Source: an uncultured virus (IMG/VR IMGVR_UViG_3300021843_000436) (taxonomy: Duplodnaviria > Heunggongvirae > Uroviricota > Caudoviricetes). From it: DNA of 20,000 bases. Position 1 is the stretch's first letter. Each line of letters opens with the position of its first letter. A program made the position numbers and the translations under genes. Location of the stretch: the IMG/VR virus record IMGVR_UViG_3300021843_000436. One strand, 5' to 3'. Below are positions 16,387 to 20,000 of this stretch, in pieces. The notes beneath the pieces are model-generated. The model worked only from the letters and a program-made list of their open reading frames with translations, was not told the DNA's origin and made no database searches.

Positions 16387-16883
16387 AGCATAACGATTTG
16401 TTAGGAGATAATGCACAAATCCACAATAAGGTCTATCAGATGCTCAGGGACAGGCTCCTGAGAATCCTGGAGACCACCCTGATCTATGGAGAAACCACTT
16501 CAGGCTATTTCATGGATGTCCTGGGCATAACCAGAGAGGTGACCCTGCCTGATGGAAGGGAGATGATTGTGGAGATCATCTACCAGGATGATGAGCATGT
16601 CACCTTGACAGCCCACATCAGATGTGAGGATAAGGAAGAGACTGGAGATGCTTTCACCTATATCTGGGTGGGTGGCCTGGTGAATATTGACCTGATAGAG
16701 GAAGCCATCCAAATCATTGAGACTCTGGAAAAGCAGGATTCCCTAAAAGAAGGCTATCTGGCTCAGAGAGATGCCTGGGTCCAGAAGATGGAGAGAGGCT
16801 TCCAGGCCCTGGGTGGAGTGAAGACCAGGAAAATGAAGGCTGCAGATTATGTGGCCATGAGAAAAGAGGGCAGGGAGGACTAA
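16383..16883 (+). CDS. Hypothetical protein (possible paralog of the previous gene)
   Basis: ATGA overlap and GGAGG RBS. Confidence 0.78.
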   Translation: MKHNDLLGDNAQIHNKVYQMLRDRLLRILETTLIYGETTSGYFMDVLGITREVTLPDGREMIVEIIYQDDEHVTLTAHIRCEDKEETGDAFTYIWVGGLVNIDLIEEAIQIIETLEKQDSLKEGYLAQRDAWVQKMERGFQALGGVKTRKMKAADYVAMRKEGRED

Positions 16884-16907
16884 AAGTCCCTCTCTAATCT
16901 ATTTTTA
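16874..16907 (+). terminator. Probable terminator
   Basis: Short hairpin GGAC-TAAAA-GTCC followed by TATTTTTA, just before the next promoter. Confidence 0.4.
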
Positions 16908-16915
16908 GCATAATC

Positions 16916-16951
16916 CTTAAATACCATAGATTCCATAGTTTCCATAGGAGG
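16916..16951 (+). promoter_or_regulatory. Archaeal promoter with a direct-repeat operator variant (copy 4)
   Basis: CTTAAATA CCATAG-ATT-CCATAG-TTT-CCATAG GAGG; ATG at 16962. Confidence 0.8.
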
Positions 16952-16961
16952 CTATAAGATT

Positions 16962-17252
16962 ATGTCTTCATTAGCAAAAGCCATAGGAGCACTGCTGATC
17001 CTCTGTGGAGGGCTGGCTGCATTCTTTGGAGTGCTGGGAATGATTACTCTGGTGGGCTTCATCCCTGGCTTCATCAGCTGGGGCCTAGGCACCATAACTC
17101 TGTGCATAGGGCTACTGATCGGCTGGCCTAAGGAGACCAGAGCCTGGCTGGTTAAATACAGAGCCCAGCAGCAGGCCAGGAAAAAAGTCATGCAGCTGCA
17201 GGTGGATTCTGAGACTCAGAAGATTCTGGCTGCCCAGAAGACTGAGGAATAG
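16962..17252 (+). CDS. Small membrane protein with two TM helices and a basic helical tail
   Basis: Two Gly-rich hydrophobic segments. Confidence 0.78.
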   Translation: MSSLAKAIGALLILCGGLAAFFGVLGMITLVGFIPGFISWGLGTITLCIGLLIGWPKETRAWLVKYRAQQQARKKVMQLQVDSETQKILAAQKTEE

Positions 17253-17255
17253 CTC

Positions 17256-17741
17256 ATGGAGATGGAGATCGCACCCTCAGAGCACGTTGATCATCCAAAG
17301 TGCCTGAGGTGTCATAGGCAGCTTAAAAATCCAAAGTGGAGAAAGCTGGGCTTTGGAAAGAAGTGCTATGCAAAGCACTGCCAGGAGTGCCAGCAGAGAC
17401 TGGGAGTGGCTGGGCCTGAGAATCAGGAGAGGGCTCCTGATCCTAAGATTCAGAAGGCTGACAAAAGGGCGGGCCTGGAGAAAGCTCATGCAGAGGAGAT
17501 GGCCAGGATTGACCCAGCACCAACTGAAGCTCAGAAGAGGGCTGCAGAGCAGAGGCTGGTGAGAGATGTAGATAAGGCCCTGGGTCTGGAGGAGGAAGAA
17601 GATGGAGGAGAGTCAGATCCTGCAGAGTCTACTGGCCAGCTGGGAAAGAAGAAGAAAGTGGGCAAAGTTCCTAAAGGGCAGGCCATTGTCAGGTCAGGAG
17701 CCTTTAACAGATCATCAAGGAGCATGATTGTAAGTGCCTGA
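17256..17741 (+). CDS. DUF6011-like zinc-binding protein with a charged low-complexity tail
   Basis: CLRCHRQLKNPKWRKLGFGKKC matches the CxxCxRxL...GxGxxC pattern. Confidence 0.65.
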   Translation: MEMEIAPSEHVDHPKCLRCHRQLKNPKWRKLGFGKKCYAKHCQECQQRLGVAGPENQERAPDPKIQKADKRAGLEKAHAEEMARIDPAPTEAQKRAAEQRLVRDVDKALGLEEEEDGGESDPAESTGQLGKKKKVGKVPKGQAIVRSGAFNRSSRSMIVSA

Positions 17742-17901
17742 GATCATTGAGCTTAAAATTAATTTTGTTGTCATGACAGATGGGAAGGAGTACATCAGGG
17801 CAGGAGTCTATGACCTGCCCATAACAAAAGAGAATCTGCCCATCCTGGTGGAAGTGGCTGAGAGGATCAGGGTCCTCTTTGATGGGAGGAGATTCCTGTG
17901 A
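17734..17901 (+). CDS. Hypothetical protein, 55 aa (not in the ORF track)
   Basis: GTG start: MPEIIELKINFVVMTDGKEYIRAGVYDLPITKENLPILVEVAERIRVLFDGRRFL. It fills the gap exactly, and its stop overlaps the DHH start (GTGA). Confidence 0.65.
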   Translation: MPEIIELKINFVVMTDGKEYIRAGVYDLPITKENLPILVEVAERIRVLFDGRRFL

Positions 17902-18860
17902 AGTATGTCATAGTCTTTCACAGGGCTGACCTAGATGGTCACCTCTCTGGAGCCCTGGTCAGATACTGGCTGGAGGAGATGGAGAAAGTGGAGGACCCCA
18001 TTGAGATGGTGCCCATGAACTATGGAGAGCCATTCCCCTGGGATCTGATCAAGCCAGAGGATATGGTTTTTATGGTGGACTTTTCCCTGCAGCCTATCCT
18101 GGAGATGGCAAACCTGAGTGAGCTGTGCCACCTTCACTGGATTGATCACCACCAGACCAGTCTGGCAAATCCAAAGGACAGAGGAGATGACTGGATGAAT
18201 GGCATTAAGGGAATCAGATCAGCTGATGGAGCTGCCTGTGAGCTGGTCTGGAGATATTTCTGGCATGAGCCTGGGCTCCCTGAGGCCACCTATCACATGC
18301 CGTCCTTTGTCAGATGGGTGGGCTTTTATGACAGGTGGAATCAGGTCAGTGAATGGAAGACCATCATCCTGCCATTCCAGTATGCTCTGAAGGCCCAGGA
18401 GACTGACCCCTCCACAGAGCAGGGATATGCTCTTTGGAAGAGAATGCTGGAGACTATGAAGTTTGAAGGTCCCTATTCTTCCTGGATGAGATCCCTGATC
18501 CTGGAGGGCATGGCTGTGAAAAGCTATGCTGAAAGGGAGGATGAGAAGTTTATGAAGGCCCATGCCTTCACCAGCTCCTGGGGTGGAATTACCTGGCTGG
18601 TGGTTAATGGAGGAGCAGTCAATTCTGCCAGGGACTCCTCAGTTTATGATCCCAAAGTCCACCAGGCTATCCTCTCTTATGTCAATGTCCAGGGGAATTT
18701 CTGGAGGATCTCCATGAGGACTGAAAAGAGTGATCTGGACCTCTCAGCTATTGCCAGAGAGTTTGGTGGAGGAGGCCATAGAAAGGCTGCAGGCTTCCAA
18801 ATCAAGGATCTGCCTGCTGAGCTGGTAGGGCCTGATTATGGAGAGGAGCCTGATGATTAA
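17898..18860 (+). CDS. DHH/DHHA1 family phosphoesterase
   Basis: HRADLDG, VDFS, WIDHH, AACELVW, ISMR, FGGGGHRKAAGF. Confidence 0.92.
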   Translation: MKYVIVFHRADLDGHLSGALVRYWLEEMEKVEDPIEMVPMNYGEPFPWDLIKPEDMVFMVDFSLQPILEMANLSELCHLHWIDHHQTSLANPKDRGDDWMNGIKGIRSADGAACELVWRYFWHEPGLPEATYHMPSFVRWVGFYDRWNQVSEWKTIILPFQYALKAQETDPSTEQGYALWKRMLETMKFEGPYSSWMRSLILEGMAVKSYAEREDEKFMKAHAFTSSWGGITWLVVNGGAVNSARDSSVYDPKVHQAILSYVNVQGNFWRISMRTEKSDLDLSAIAREFGGGGHRKAAGFQIKDLPAELVGPDYGEEPDD

Positions 18861-19155
18861 GCCCTATCTTTTTTATGGGTCTAAAATTTTCCATATCCAA
18901 GACTGCAAAGACGGGAATGTGGTGACCACTGAGAAAAGAGTCCTGGGAACAGAGATAGTCTGGTGTGATGAAAAAGACCTGGCTGATGCTATAGTGAATC
19001 TGGAAGAGCCTGCAGTCCCTGGCTCTGTGAAGATGAAGGTCCTGAAGGTCTGGGACCTGAGTGGGAGAGAAGTGGAGACCCCTGCCAGCTGCAGAGGCTG
19101 CTGCCTAAGAAGGTCCGGCTGCCTGGAGACCTGTCCATGCATAGGGAGGTCCTGA
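18853..19155 (+). CDS. Hypothetical protein with Cys-rich C-terminus (start 18853 or 18838)
   Basis: GAGGAG before ATG 18853; CRGCC...C..TCPC tail. Confidence 0.7.
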   Translation: MIKPYLFYGSKIFHIQDCKDGNVVTTEKRVLGTEIVWCDEKDLADAIVNLEEPAVPGSVKMKVLKVWDLSGREVETPASCRGCCLRRSGCLETCPCIGRS

Positions 19156-19275
19156 ATGGCCTGCAAACATCAGCTGCCTGATGGTAGCTGCCCACTTTGC
19201 ATGTCAGAGAGTTGCATGGCTGAAGCTCAAGGAAGCTGCCAGGAGGAATGTGATGTCTTTGAGGAGGATCTCTAA
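19156..19275 (+). CDS. Small Cys-rich protein, 39 aa (not in the ORF track)
   Basis: MACKHQLPDGSCPLCMSESCMAEAQGSCQEECDVFEEDL; GGAGGT RBS; TAATG overlap with the next gene. Confidence 0.7.
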   Translation: MACKHQLPDGSCPLCMSESCMAEAQGSCQEECDVFEEDL

Positions 19276-20000
19276 TGGCTGACATGACACCCACTGAGAT
19301 TGAAAAGCGATTCATTGACCTGCAAGTGAAGGAGTGGAAGAATCAGATCTATGCCCAGAGAGCCCTGGGCATAGATGTGGACATCCTAAACACCAGGCTG
19401 GCTGTCAAACATGATAATGGAGAGATCTGGGAGATCCTCATTAAATGCAAACGAATAGCAGAGCCAGTCAAATCAGGTCCTGCTGGCCTCACTACCTGGG
19501 AGAAAAAAGATGAAGTTATTCCTAAAGGCCAGGAGACCATAGACCTGTCTGGTCAGACCCCAGACCCTGCTCAGCTCCCTCCTACGTCTAAGTGGAGCCC
19601 TGAGAAGATAGTGGAGGGCATGGAAGTGATGGAGGGCAACAGGCTCAAGATAAATGAGGCTGCTGCAGCTGCTCTCACTGGCCATCCTCATCAACTCTTA
19701 GGAAGTTATCATCCTAACTGCAGGATTGACCCAGACTTCAGCCTGCTGATCTCTGGAGTTCAGGTCCCTATTCCCTTCCATGATTTAGATCCCACTGTGA
19801 AGCCTGGTTCTGCTCATGAAGCCTGGCTCAAAAAGGGACTGAAGAAGTATCCCATCACTGATGACGATATTATGAACACAAAGGCTGGACTGGAAGCTGC
19901 AGCGCCATTCTTTGATTTGATGGATGAGGAAGGCAGTGGAAAGCACGTTCACCAGGCTCCAGAACCTTGGTGGAAAAGGGCAGGATATGGAGAGATGTGA
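19275..20000 (+). CDS. Hypothetical protein
   Basis: 241-aa ORF with GAGGAGG RBS; stop codon at 19998-20000. Confidence 0.8.
   Translation: MADMTPTEIEKRFIDLQVKEWKNQIYAQRALGIDVDILNTRLAVKHDNGEIWEILIKCKRIAEPVKSGPAGLTTWEKKDEVIPKGQETIDLSGQTPDPAQLPPTSKWSPEKIVEGMEVMEGNRLKINEAAAAALTGHPHQLLGSYHPNCRIDPDFSLLISGVQVPIPFHDLDPTVKPGSAHEAWLKKGLKKYPITDDDIMNTKAGLEAAAPFFDLMDEEGSGKHVHQAPEPWWKRAGYGEM

Larger units (their letters stand above)
1..20000. mobile_element. Segment of a probable archaeal (methanogen) virus or provirus: early, replication and nucleotide-metabolism region
   Basis: Dense co-oriented small hypothetical ORFs with overlapping stop/start codons; Cas4-like nuclease, SNF2 helicase, NrdD, dCMP deaminase, MazG-like and DHH genes; archaeal TATA promoters; no housekeeping operons. 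No structural or integrase genes in the window. Confidence 0.75.

Overview
Most of this window looks like the early/replication and nucleotide-metabolism region of an archaeal virus or provirus, probably infecting a Methanomicrobia-type methanogen (judged from the NrdD sequence type, TATA-box promoters and GGAGG/GAGGT ribosome-binding sites). No capsid, terminase or integrase gene is visible, so the virus call is an inference. The backbone is about 50% GC, densely packed on the + strand and extremely CpG-depleted. It encodes a Cas4/AddB-like nuclease, an SNF2-family helicase, a protein with a probable C-terminal histone fold, class III ribonucleotide reductase NrdD, dCMP deaminase, a MazG-like protein, a DHH phosphoesterase and many hypothetical proteins. 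Features absent from the ORF track: (1) a repeated promoter/operator module, TATAAATA followed by CCATAG-N3-CTATGG, heading four operons, plus a variant beside a ribbon-helix-helix-like gene at the left edge; (2) a 93-bp ungapped imperfect inverted repeat with TGGCAGGGGT iterons around a G-free spacer, a candidate origin; (3) several small Cys-rich ORFs; (4) a structured leader upstream of nrdD. An AT-rich, CpG-normal foreign cassette on the minus strand (~1.8-4.3 kb) encodes a DUF4258-like/MqsA Zn-ribbon/winged-helix fusion translationally coupled to a TGT-fold protein that appears to lack the TGT catalytic aspartates. It is a candidate new toxin-antitoxin or defence module. All family assignments come from motif recognition by eye, not from database searches.
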